Below are positions 10,764-19,062 of a stretch of DNA of 64,000 nucleotides, one piece after another. Under the pieces are notes generated by a model, which was not told where the DNA came from, searched no databases, and worked only from the letters and a program-made list of their open reading frames with translations. Position 1 is the first letter of the stretch; every line of letters begins with the position of its first letter. This DNA is from Dehalococcoidia bacterium (GTDB taxonomy: Bacteria > Chloroflexota > Dehalococcoidia > Plut-88900): contig CBDBLV010000004.1 in the NCBI GenBank assembly GCA_965207225.1, positions 320,001 to 384,000 on the forward strand, in the 5' to 3' direction. Made by a program: the position numbers and the translations under genes.

Positions 10764-12458
10764 CTACCCGACCGTCACCGCTCCCCGAGACGCCGAGGTA
10801 GCCAGCCTCGCGTACTTGACCAGGGCCCCTGATGTGTAGTTTGGGGGTATCGGGGCCCAGGCCGCGAGTCTGCGGTCGAATTCTTCCTGGGAAATTTCGA
10901 GGTTAAGCTGGGCGTTGGGAATGTCCAGGATAACGGTGTCACCCTCTTCAACGATAGCGATCGGCCCCCCGACCGCCGCCTCGGGCGCCACGTGCCCGAC
11001 CATGAAGCCCTGGGTAGCTCCCGAGAACCGACCGTCGGTTATCAGCGCCACGTCTTCCCCCAACCCCTGCCCCACGATGGCGGCCGTCACGTGCAGCATT
11101 TCCCGCATTCCCGGCCCGCCCTTGGGTCCCTCGTAACGGAGCACCACAATGTCTCCCGCCTCGATTTCCTGGTTGTCCACGGCCCGGAAGGCGTCCTGCT
11201 CCCGATTGAACACCCGCGCCCTGCCCCTGTGCACCTTGTGCAGATGCTCCGGGTGGGCCAGCTTCACCACCGCACCCTCCGGAGCGAGGTTGCCCTTCAG
11301 TATCACCATGGAGCCGTGAGGACTCAGGGGTTCGGCCACGGGATGAACTACCCTGCCGTCTCCCGGGATTTCCACGTCGGCCAGGTTCTCCGCTACGGTC
11401 TTGCCTGTCACGGTCAATGTATCCCCGTGGAGTAGCCCGGCGTCCAGGAGCCGTTTCATGACCGTGGGCACGCCGCCCTCCCGATGTAGGTCAACCATCA
11501 CGTGTCGGCCCCCGGGCTTCATGTCTGCGATGTAGGGTGTCCGTTCGCTGATCCTGGCGAAATCTTCAATCTCCAGGTCCACGCCTGCTTCGTATGCTAT
11601 CGCCAGCAGGTGTAACACGACGTTGGTGGAACCACCCATCGAGACAGCCACCGCGATGCCGTTCTCAAACGCTTCCCTGGTCAGAATGTCCCGGGGCCTA
11701 ATCCCCTGCTCCAGCAGCCTCATCACCGTGCGCCCGGCCTCGTATGACTTCTGTAGAATGCCCTCTTCAACCGCCGGCTCGGACGAGGCCCCCGGCAGCG
11801 ACATTCCCATCGCCTCGATGGTCGAGGACATGGTGTTCGCCGTGAACATGCCGCCGCAGGACCCGGCGCCCGGGCAGGCGGCGCACTCGATGTCCTTCAA
11901 GTCAGAGTCGCTTATCCGGCCCTTGCTGTGCGCCCCGATGGCCTCGAAAACATCCTGGATACTTATGTCCTTGCCGGCGTATCTGCCGGGCATGATGGTG
12001 CCGCTGTAGAGGAAGACGGTTGGGATGTTGAGTCGGGCGGCGGCCATCATGGCCCCAGGCAGGTTCTTGTCGCATCCGGCGATGGTAACCAGGCCGTCAA
12101 AGTACTCGGCGTGGGTGACCAGTTCAATGGAGTCAGCGATCAGCTCCCGGCTCACAAGCGACGCCTTCATCCCTTCCGTCCCCATCGAAATCCCGTCGCT
12201 TACCGTCAAAACCCCGAACTCAAAGGGAGTCCCCGACGCCGATTTCACCCCCGCCTTGACCCTCTCCGCCAGCTTGTCCAAGTGAACGTTGCAGGGCGTC
12301 ACGTCCGACGCGGTATTCGCCACCCCGATGAACGGCTGCTCAAATTCCTTATCCCCGACTCCCACAGCCCTGAGCATGGCCCTCGCGGCGGCCCGGTCAG
12401 GGCCGTCAGCCACAATTCTGCTGCGATGCCTAACGTCGAATTTTGCGGCCGTGGTCAT
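10764..12458 (-). CDS. ilvD: Dihydroxy-acid dehydratase
   Basis: Motifs [39 protein letters not shown] and TDGRFSG. Confidence 0.97.
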   Translation of the reverse strand: MTTAAKFDVRHRSRIVADGPDRAAARAMLRAVGVGDKEFEQPFIGVANTASDVTPCNVHLDKLAERVKAGVKSASGTPFEFGVLTVSDGISMGTEGMKASLVSRELIADSIELVTHAEYFDGLVTIAGCDKNLPGAMMAAARLNIPTVFLYSGTIMPGRYAGKDISIQDVFEAIGAHSKGRISDSDLKDIECAACPGAGSCGGMFTANTMSSTIEAMGMSLPGASSEPAVEEGILQKSYEAGRTVMRLLEQGIRPRDILTREAFENGIAVAVSMGGSTNVVLHLLAIAYEAGVDLEIEDFARISERTPYIADMKPGGRHVMVDLHREGGVPTVMKRLLDAGLLHGDTLTVTGKTVAENLADVEIPGDGRVVHPVAEPLSPHGSMVILKGNLAPEGAVVKLAHPEHLHKVHRGRARVFNREQDAFRAVDNQEIEAGDIVVLRYEGPKGGPGMREMLHVTAAIVGQGLGEDVALITDGRFSGATQGFMVGHVAPEAAVGGPIAIVEEGDTVILDIPNAQLNLEISQEEFDRRLAAWAPIPPNYTSGALVKYARLATSASRGAVTVG

Positions 12459-12610
12459 CTATTTCTCCTCCGGGCATGTTCACGTCTATTTCGGCGGACA
12501 TGATAGCACACCCCACACCCTTCTCCTCTTTCATTCCGATGCCCCGCGAGGAATCTAGGATTTGCCCACTCACGCCTCTAAACCCCGCCACTCCCTCAAA
12601 ACCTGTACAT

Positions 12611-12639
12611 TTGCACTATCTGAACCCCCGTGCTATAAT
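12611..12639 (+). promoter_or_regulatory. Sigma70-type promoter firing into the non-coding region
   Basis: TTGCAC-17 bp-TATAAT with an extended -10 TG. Confidence 0.7.
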
Positions 12640-12896
12640 GATCCCCAGGCTGCCGACTTCACACCTCGGCGCCCATCACTATGCAGGATCAAAGGAGTAC
12701 CATGAGCCGCATAAGCCTACACAGGCCTCGTCTCAACCGAGCGGCATCCCGCCGCCCGGCCCCCGGTACGCGCCTCCTCCCATTCTCCTTTCCCTTTCCA
12801 TACTCCGTCCTGCTCCCCAACACCCACTACAAGCGCTGCCCAAAGGCCCAGCGTCTCGGCCTTCGCAGCGATCAATCACCACCCCGCCCCCTTCAA

Positions 12897-13466
12897 GGAA
12901 GGTCCCCGGACAAATCACGGCACACCCTCTGGAGGGCCGTTGCCAGGTGAGCGCCCCACTCATAGGGCGCAACGGTTTCGCCCCGTCAGGCGACGCTAAG
13001 GAGCACGGTGTAATGCTGCTTCATCGGGCCATAGCGTCCTTTTTGGACTCCACCGTCGTCACCATCGGCAAGCTCCGATCTACGAACGGCGGTCACGGGT
13101 CCTCGCTCTCACCCCTTGGGGTGGCAGAGCACTTCCGGTGGGCGAGACTGCCCCAGAGCGAGAATTTCTCGTGTCTCGTCCGCGTCCCCTCGGAAGTATG
13201 GGGCTGTGATTCCACCGTCGTCACCATCGGCATGTTCCGGTCTACGAACGGCGGTCACGGGTCCATGCTCTCACCCCTTGGGGTGCTAGAGCGCTTCCGG
13301 TGGACGAGGCTGCCCCAGAGCGAGAATTTCTCGCGTCTCGTCCACATCCCCTCGGAAGTGTGGGGCTGTCGCAGAATCGACGCTGATGTGGACCGTCCCC
13401 GGGGGCGAACACCCCGCATCGGTACAGGCGTCGCCGACATCCTGCGCAAACCGTCCGGGACCTTCC
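12897..13466 (+). ncRNA. Candidate large structured ncRNA, copy A (two tandem modules)
   Basis: The ends GGAAGGTCCCCGGAC and GTCCGGGACCTTCC are complementary. There are many internal hairpins with G-U pairs on the + strand. Homologous to 53472-53779 (-). Confidence 0.55.
13049..13369 (+). repeat. Tandem direct repeat, period 162 bp (13049-13207 and 13211-13369)
   Basis: Alignment by eye gives 14 substitutions and no indels over 159 nt. Confidence 0.95.
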
Positions 13467-13502
13467 ACCCTCACTCCCTTCCCGCCACCCCAACCTTTTA
13501 CA

Positions 13503-13630
13503 CCGTCATCCCCGCCACCGGCGCTGGGCCGCTCGTGCTGAGGTTCTCGAAGTGCGAGCGGGGGGCGGTCCACACCCGACTGTCACGTCTCGCCAGTCAC
13601 CCCCGCCTACCCTATGCCGTCATCCCCGCC
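13503..13630. repeat. REP-like palindromic element bounded by the direct repeat CCGTCATCCCCGCC
   Basis: CCGTCATCCCCGCC at 13503 and 13617. Hairpin CCGCTCGTGCT-GAGGTTCTCGA-AGTGCGAGCGG at 13529-13561. Confidence 0.6.
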
Positions 13631-13784
13631 CTTCTTCCCAGTATTGAACTAGAGGCAGAGGTTGGCGCTGGAGCGCCAACCTCTGCCTCTGTTTTTCTCT
13701 CCCCCTCTCCCTCAATGGCCCTGAGGGAGAGGGGGATCAAGGGGGTGAGGGTTCCTCCGCGGGGCTGGGGGGGCATCCTCCCCC
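13629..13784 (+). repeat. Composite hairpin element, copy 1
   Basis: CCCAGTAYTGAACTAGAGGC, a perfect 19-bp inverted repeat (13651-13690), a CCCCCTCTCCC/GGGAGAGGGGG stem, then GAGGGTTCC. Homologous to 54083-54260 (-). Confidence 0.8.
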
Positions 13785-13822
13785 GATGCCACGCGAAATC
13801 CCCAGAAATCCCTTCAGGCGTC

Positions 13823-13875
13823 GTTCAATCAAACCAGCTACGAGTTCAATCAATGTTCAATCAACGTTCAATCAA
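13823..13875 (+). repeat. Four copies of GTTCAATCAA with helical phasing
   Basis: Copies start at 13823, 13844, 13855 and 13866. Confidence 0.85.
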
Positions 13876-13891
13876 AATCCCATCCCTCTCG

Positions 13892-13920
13892 TTGACCCAC
13901 CCGACACGCCCCCTTATCAT
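13892..13920 (+). promoter_or_regulatory. Sigma70-type promoter of the enoyl-CoA hydratase gene
   Basis: TTGACC-17 bp-TATCAT, with an AAGGAG RBS before ATG 13983. Confidence 0.65.
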
Positions 13921-13982
13921 TGGGCCAGTCATAACCCGCTTCATTCCTGGCACAAGACCCTCACGCTGCAAGGAGACCGCCG

Positions 13983-14783
13983 ATGTCCTACGAGAACATC
14001 ATCGTCGAAAGAGATGGCCGCATAGGCAAGCTCATCCTCAATCGACCCAACAAGCTCAACGCCATCACCGACTACATGGAAGAGGAGATGGCCCTTGCTA
14101 TCAAGGAGTTGGGCGATGATGACTCCGTAGGTGTGGTGGTGCTGACCGGTGCAGGTCGAGCCTTCTCCGCCGGCGCCGACGTGTCCGAGCTCCCCGGTGC
14201 CGAGTCCAACGGCCGAGGCGACAGCCCCGAGGACAAGCGGCGCAACTTCCGTAAGGCGATGAACATAGTGCTGGGTGTGCACCGGATGGAGAAGCCGGTC
14301 ATCGGCATGATCAACGGCGTAGCCGCCGGCGCCGGATTCGACCTGGCCTGCGCCTGCGACCTCCGGGTCGGCACCCCCAAGTCCCGGTTTCTTGCGGCGT
14401 TCATACGGGTGGGGCTGTTCCCGGGGTGGGGCGGGATGTGGCTCTACGCCAAGACCCTCGGCATCCCCAAAGCCGCCGAACTGGTCTTCACCGGCGATTT
14501 CCTGGAAGCCGACGACGCCTTCCGGCTCGGCATGTTGAACAAGCTGGTCCCCGAGGAGGAGCTTGAGGCCACCACCATGGAGATGGCCCGCAAGATCGCC
14601 GACGGCCCCCCTGTAGCCCTCAGGCTCTCGAAGCTGATGCTCTACAAGGCCCTCAATATGGACCTGGAGACCGCCATGCAGATGTCCGCTGCGCTGGAGA
14701 CCATCACCTTGACCTCAGAAGACCACACCGAGGGCGTCTCGGCTTTCAAGGACAAGCGTAAGCCAAATTACCTGGGCCGCTAG
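13983..14783 (+). CDS. Enoyl-CoA hydratase/isomerase (crotonase) family protein
   Basis: Motifs LNRPNKLNA, AFSAGAD, INGVAAGAGFDLACACD and EGVSAFKDKRKP. Confidence 0.93.
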   Translation: MSYENIIVERDGRIGKLILNRPNKLNAITDYMEEEMALAIKELGDDDSVGVVVLTGAGRAFSAGADVSELPGAESNGRGDSPEDKRRNFRKAMNIVLGVHRMEKPVIGMINGVAAGAGFDLACACDLRVGTPKSRFLAAFIRVGLFPGWGGMWLYAKTLGIPKAAELVFTGDFLEADDAFRLGMLNKLVPEEELEATTMEMARKIADGPPVALRLSKLMLYKALNMDLETAMQMSAALETITLTSEDHTEGVSAFKDKRKPNYLGR

Positions 14784-14786
14784 AAC

Positions 14787-15272
14787 TTGCGGATCATCGC
14801 CGCTGAAGTCGAGATAGAAGCCCCCGAATCCCTCATCTGGGAGGCACTCTCCGACCTGGATTCCTATGGGGACTGGAACCCCTTCCTCACCTCCGCCAAC
14901 GGCAAGATAGAGGAAGGCGCCCGCATTGAGTTGTTCATCAAGCCGCCTCGGGCGAAGGGGACTTACATCAACCCGCGAATCGTGCTGGTTGAAGAGGGAA
15001 AGGGCTTTAGCTGGCGCAACAACATGCTCTTCCCTGGCCTCTTCGACACGGAGCACTACTTCATCATCGACCCCATAGACGACACCCGGTGCCGGTTCGT
15101 ACAGGGCGAAGAGGTGAGCGGGCTTCTCTCCATTCCTATCCTGCTGCTAATCGGCGGTGCCACACGACGCGGCATGGAGAGGATGAACGCTGCTCTCAAG
15201 GCCCTCTGCGAATCCCCACCCATCCCTCCCGACTCCGAAGAAGAGGCGTCACCCTCTGAAGAAGGCGGCTAG
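14787..15272 (+). CDS. SRPBCC/polyketide-cyclase-like domain protein
   Basis: IEAP-x-x-IWEALSD-x-x-SY-x-DWNPF and MNAALK; TTG start. Confidence 0.8.
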   Translation: MRIIAAEVEIEAPESLIWEALSDLDSYGDWNPFLTSANGKIEEGARIELFIKPPRAKGTYINPRIVLVEEGKGFSWRNNMLFPGLFDTEHYFIIDPIDDTRCRFVQGEEVSGLLSIPILLLIGGATRRGMERMNAALKALCESPPIPPDSEEEASPSEEGG

Positions 15273-15276
15273 CGCC

Positions 15277-15948
15277 TTAGTCGTACCCCTTCTCCCAAGC
15301 CTCCAGTATCTCTGAGGAGTCGGTTACCCAGACCAGCCGCTCCATGAACTTCATGGCGTCGTCGTGCAGTTCGGCGACACGGGCCCCGACGAGGTCCCTG
15401 GGAATGACGGGGAAGAAGCCGAGCTGAGTCCCCGTCCAGGCCGTCGGAAGTATGCCGACTTCCGTTGCCACGCCCGTGGAGATGAAGGTCTTTATGCCGT
15501 GGCTTCGCAAAATGAGCTCAAAGGTGGAATGGACGAAGGTGTTGGTCCGATACTTGTTGATGACTATGTCGCCTTCCTGGGGCGCGAGGGCGTCGATCGT
15601 CTGGCATCCCCAGGTACCGAGCACTGTCGGGTTGGCGTACTGGTGCTTGCTCGGGTCTCCGACCAGGTTCCATCGCTTGTTCACCAGCGGGTCGTCGTAA
15701 GCGCCGAGGTCAGGAAGGCTGGTGAAGTTGGTCTGCCATATTCTGACGCCGTGGGCCCGGGCCCTGGCCACGAAGTCGACGAGGTTGTCCACGAAGGGCG
15801 ACACATCAATGCTCTCTCCCGCCTTCTTGAAAATGCCGTCTTCGTGAAGAAAGTCGTTTTGCATGTCGTGGACCATGACCACGGTGTGCTTTGGATTCAC
15901 CATCTCGGCTACCGACTCGAATATCTCCCGACCCTGAAACTCATACAT
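15277..15948 (-). CDS. Isochorismatase-family hydrolase
   Basis: HDMQNDF, INKYR and GVATEVGI (Gly at the usual catalytic Cys position). Confidence 0.88.
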   Translation of the reverse strand: MYEFQGREIFESVAEMVNPKHTVVMVHDMQNDFLHEDGIFKKAGESIDVSPFVDNLVDFVARARAHGVRIWQTNFTSLPDLGAYDDPLVNKRWNLVGDPSKHQYANPTVLGTWGCQTIDALAPQEGDIVINKYRTNTFVHSTFELILRSHGIKTFISTGVATEVGILPTAWTGTQLGFFPVIPRDLVGARVAELHDDAMKFMERLVWVTDSSEILEAWEKGYD

Positions 15949-15969
15949 GCCAAATCCTCCTGATTCGGA

Positions 15970-17070
15970 TCACTCCCACCTGAAGACCCTTGTTGCCGCA
16001 AGGAATGCAATTGCCAGCCACACCACCATACCCAACACCTCCCACGGAATCTCGGTAATGCTCGCTCCCTGGATTGCCACCTCCCGCATCCCGTCCGCCA
16101 GGAATGTAAGGGGAAGGTACTGGACGATATCTTCCAGGACGCCGGGGAGGGTGTCGGTGGGGAAGAACACGCCCGACAGGAACATCATTGGCAAAGCGAT
16201 TATGTTTGCCAGCGGCGCCCCGACCTCCTCGTTCTTGGCAAACCCTGATATCACAAACCCGATAGCCAAGAAAAGCGCCCCGCCAAGAACCGCCAGGATG
16301 AACAGGTAGCCGAAGTTGCCTGCCACGGTGACGTCAAAGATAAGCACCCCGACACCCAGCAGGACCACAACCTGCACTATGGAAACCAGCAAACGGGTAA
16401 AGACCTGCCCTATTAGGAAGTTGTGGGGGCGGATGGGGGTGGCATACAGCCTGCGCAGCACGCCCTGCTGACGGTACTGGATCAGTGAGAAGACGACGCT
16501 GAATATGCCCATCTGCATGATCGCCATGGCAATGATCCCGGGCACCAGAAAGTCGACGTATTCCAGTCCCTTGCTTTCAACCGCCTGGGACTCGACCAGG
16601 AATTGGCGTTGAACTTTCGCGCTCCGGAGGGTAAATTCGTCGAGGATGCCGCGGACTATGCCTATTCCGACATCCGCCTGCTGGAACCGGTCCTCGGCGT
16701 AGAAGGCCTCTACAGTGACCGGGTCCCGGGACTCCCCGAAGTCCGGCGGTATCACTATGACAATGTGTCGGTCGCCGTCCTCCAGCGCCCGCAGCTCCGC
16801 ATCCCGGGTCCCGACACTCAACTCGATAACCCCGCCCTCATCCGAACCTTCCGAGTCCTCCATCCTCTCCAAAAGTTCCGTCAGAATCTCCGATGCCGGC
16901 GTGTCCGCCTCGTCAACCAAGCCCATGTTGACAGTGGAGAACGCGCCAAAGTTGAGCAGGCCGAATATGACTATGAACATCAGGGGAAGGACGAGGGTCC
17001 AGAAGATGGCCTGACGATTGCGGTAATACATCTTCAGGGACGCAATCGTCAGGGCGAGGGTCGGGTTCAA
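15970..17070 (-). CDS. ABC-2 type transporter permease
   Basis: YVDFLVPGIIAM, LRRLYATP, MFLSGVFFP and multiple TM helices. Confidence 0.92.
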   Translation of the reverse strand: MNPTLALTIASLKMYYRNRQAIFWTLVLPLMFIVIFGLLNFGAFSTVNMGLVDEADTPASEILTELLERMEDSEGSDEGGVIELSVGTRDAELRALEDGDRHIVIVIPPDFGESRDPVTVEAFYAEDRFQQADVGIGIVRGILDEFTLRSAKVQRQFLVESQAVESKGLEYVDFLVPGIIAMAIMQMGIFSVVFSLIQYRQQGVLRRLYATPIRPHNFLIGQVFTRLLVSIVQVVVLLGVGVLIFDVTVAGNFGYLFILAVLGGALFLAIGFVISGFAKNEEVGAPLANIIALPMMFLSGVFFPTDTLPGVLEDIVQYLPLTFLADGMREVAIQGASITEIPWEVLGMVVWLAIAFLAATRVFRWE

Positions 17071-17071
17071 G

Positions 17072-17830
17072 CTAGTCTTCTCTCAAACTCTTACCGGTGA
17101 GGTGCAGGAAAACGTCTTCAAGGTTGGCGTACTTACCGGCCCTTTCCTTGCGGAAGCCCGTGTCAAGGAGGTTGTCGATCAGGGCATCAGGGGTGTCCAG
17201 GGATACGATGGAGCCCCTGTCTATAATGGCGACCCGGTCACACAACTCCTCCGCCTCCTCCATATAGTGGGTGGTCATCACGATAGTCTTGCCGTCGGCG
17301 CGGAGGCGCTTTATGAGGTCCCACATATGGCGTCGGGCCTGGGGGTCGAGGCCGGTGGTGGGCTCATCCAGGAACATCACAACGGGGTCATTGACCAGGG
17401 CCGTGGCTATGGAGAGGCGTTGTTTCTGGCCGCCGGAAAGCTGTCGGTATTTGGCCTTTCCCTTATCCTGCAGCTCGACCTTCTCCAAAACCTCAGCCGC
17501 ATCAACTTTGCGCCCGTAGAGGCGCCCAAACAGGCCGACGATCTCTAGCAATACCAGGTTGTCGAAGAAAGCGGCGGACTGGAGCTGGACACCTATCTTG
17601 GCCTTGACTCCCCTCGGGTCCTTGGTAACGTCCGTCCCGTCAATAACGGCTGTACCTTCCGAAGCGCTCCGCATTCCTTCCAGGATTTCAACCGTGGTCG
17701 TCTTGCCAGCCCCATTTGGCCCAAGAAGGCCGAAGATCTCACCTCGCTCCACCTCGAAGCTCACGTTATCCACGGCTGTCAAGCCGCCATACTTCTTCGT
17801 CAGGCCCGTGGCCCGGATCACGCAATTCAT
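17072..17830 (-). CDS. ABC transporter ATP-binding protein
   Basis: GPNGAGKT, LSGGQKQR, LDEPTTGLDP and TTHYMEEAE. Start re-called at ATG 17830. Confidence 0.93.
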   Translation of the reverse strand: MNCVIRATGLTKKYGGLTAVDNVSFEVERGEIFGLLGPNGAGKTTTVEILEGMRSASEGTAVIDGTDVTKDPRGVKAKIGVQLQSAAFFDNLVLLEIVGLFGRLYGRKVDAAEVLEKVELQDKGKAKYRQLSGGQKQRLSIATALVNDPVVMFLDEPTTGLDPQARRHMWDLIKRLRADGKTIVMTTHYMEEAEELCDRVAIIDRGSIVSLDTPDALIDNLLDTGFRKERAGKYANLEDVFLHLTGKSLRED

Positions 17831-17836
17831 GTGAAA

Positions 17837-17887
17837 ATTGTAACACGCCCTTCCCGATTGACTCCCAAATTCCGGCCCTCCTATAAT
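17837..17887. promoter_or_regulatory. Divergent promoters, each -10 box 6 nt from a start codon
   Basis: + strand: TTGACT(17858)-18 bp-TATAAT(17882), ATG at 17894. - strand: TGtTACAAT (17837-17845), ATG at 17830. Confidence 0.55.
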
Positions 17888-17893
17888 CCAGCC

Positions 17894-19027
17894 ATGCATG
17901 TAGACAAGCTAATCTCCGCCGATTCCCACGTAGTTGAGCCACCTGACCTCTGGGACTCGCGCATCGACGCGGCGTATAGGGACCGGAGGCCTCGGATGTA
18001 CCGAGACGGCGATGTGCACAGATGGGTTGCCGACGAGGATATAAATGTCGGGTCCCTGGGGGCGCCTTCCCAGGCCGGGCGCCGATTCGAAGACCCCGAA
18101 TCCCTTTCCATCGAGGCGGCATTCCAGGACACCCCTGAGGCCGCTTACGACCCGCACGCCCGGGTGAAGGCGATGGCAGTGGATGGCGTGATCGGCGAGG
18201 TTATCTACCCGACGATAGCGGTGAGGTTAGTCGAGACGGATATTGACTCGGCGCTTATGTCGGCGTGCTTCCGGGCGATGAACGACTGGATGGCAGATTT
18301 CTCCACGGCTTATCCCCACTCCATAAAGGGGAGCGGCGTCGTCAATGTGGACGACATAGATGACGCACTATCCGAAATGGAGCGATGCGTCAAGCTAGGG
18401 CTGGCCAGCATCACCATTCCTGCCTATCCGGGCGAAGGCCGCACCTATGATCTGCCTCGCTACGACCGCTTCTGGGCCCTTGCCCAGGACCTGGGTATGC
18501 CCCTGGCTATGCATTCGGGGTCATACCGCCCGGGGCCGGGAGTCATAGGGTCCTTTGCCAACGACATCACGGTAGGAGGTACTTCTTCCTTCCGAGCAAG
18601 CGAGGACTACTGGCCGCGTCGGGCGATAGGGGACATGATGTTCTCAGGCGTGTTCGAGAGGTTCCCGAAGCTGACCGTGGGAGCCGTTGAATTCGAACTC
18701 GGGTGGGCAGCCTATTTCATCCAGCAGATGGACCGTCACTATGCCGACCATCATTACGTCAAGGAGATCCAGTTCAACGGGGACTACCTGCCGGGAGACC
18801 TGTTTCGCCGGAACGTGTTCGTGACTTTCCAGGAGGATGTTGCTGGAATCGCCACTCGGCATGTCGTCGGGGTGGACAATATCCTCTGGAGTTCAGACTA
18901 TCCTCATACTGAGTCTACGTGGCCCAACTCTCTTCCCGTCCTGAACAAATTGCTGGCCGATGTGCCGCAAACCGAGGCGGAGAAGATGGCATTTGGTAAT
19001 GCGGCCCGGGTGTACGGGTTTAACTAA
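17894..19027 (+). CDS. Amidohydrolase family 2 protein
   Basis: Motifs ISADSHVVEP, PLAMH, GVFERFPKL and WSSDYPH. Confidence 0.92.
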   Translation: MHVDKLISADSHVVEPPDLWDSRIDAAYRDRRPRMYRDGDVHRWVADEDINVGSLGAPSQAGRRFEDPESLSIEAAFQDTPEAAYDPHARVKAMAVDGVIGEVIYPTIAVRLVETDIDSALMSACFRAMNDWMADFSTAYPHSIKGSGVVNVDDIDDALSEMERCVKLGLASITIPAYPGEGRTYDLPRYDRFWALAQDLGMPLAMHSGSYRPGPGVIGSFANDITVGGTSSFRASEDYWPRRAIGDMMFSGVFERFPKLTVGAVEFELGWAAYFIQQMDRHYADHHYVKEIQFNGDYLPGDLFRRNVFVTFQEDVAGIATRHVVGVDNILWSSDYPHTESTWPNSLPVLNKLLADVPQTEAEKMAFGNAARVYGFN

Positions 19028-19062
19028 GGCAGCCAGCCCACCTGTGATATCCTTACCCGACT

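Noticed and set aside
13049-13369. CRISPR array
   Set aside because: The units are 162 bp, occur only twice, have no unique spacers, and no cas genes are present.
12897-13400. RNase P RNA (GGAAGGTCC resembles GGAAAGTCC; TGCCAGGTGAGCGCC resembles TGCCAGGTAACGCC)
   Set aside because: There is no convincing 3' ACAGAA..CGGCTTA half of P4, and the motif instead pairs with a distal GGACCTTCC. The element is multi-copy with internal duplication.
12897-13466. IS5-family element or retron ncRNA (GGAAGGT ends, terminal inverted repeat)
   Set aside because: No transposase or reverse transcriptase is in the window and no target-site duplication is visible. A non-autonomous derivative cannot be fully excluded.
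12443-14119. 558-aa ORF spanning the intergenic region, with a 54-aa internal repeat
   Set aside because: It is Pro/Arg/Ser-rich with no motifs, overlaps ilvD and the crotonase gene, and runs through promoters and palindromes. Many repeat substitutions change amino acids yet preserve RNA pairing, so it is probably not a protein.
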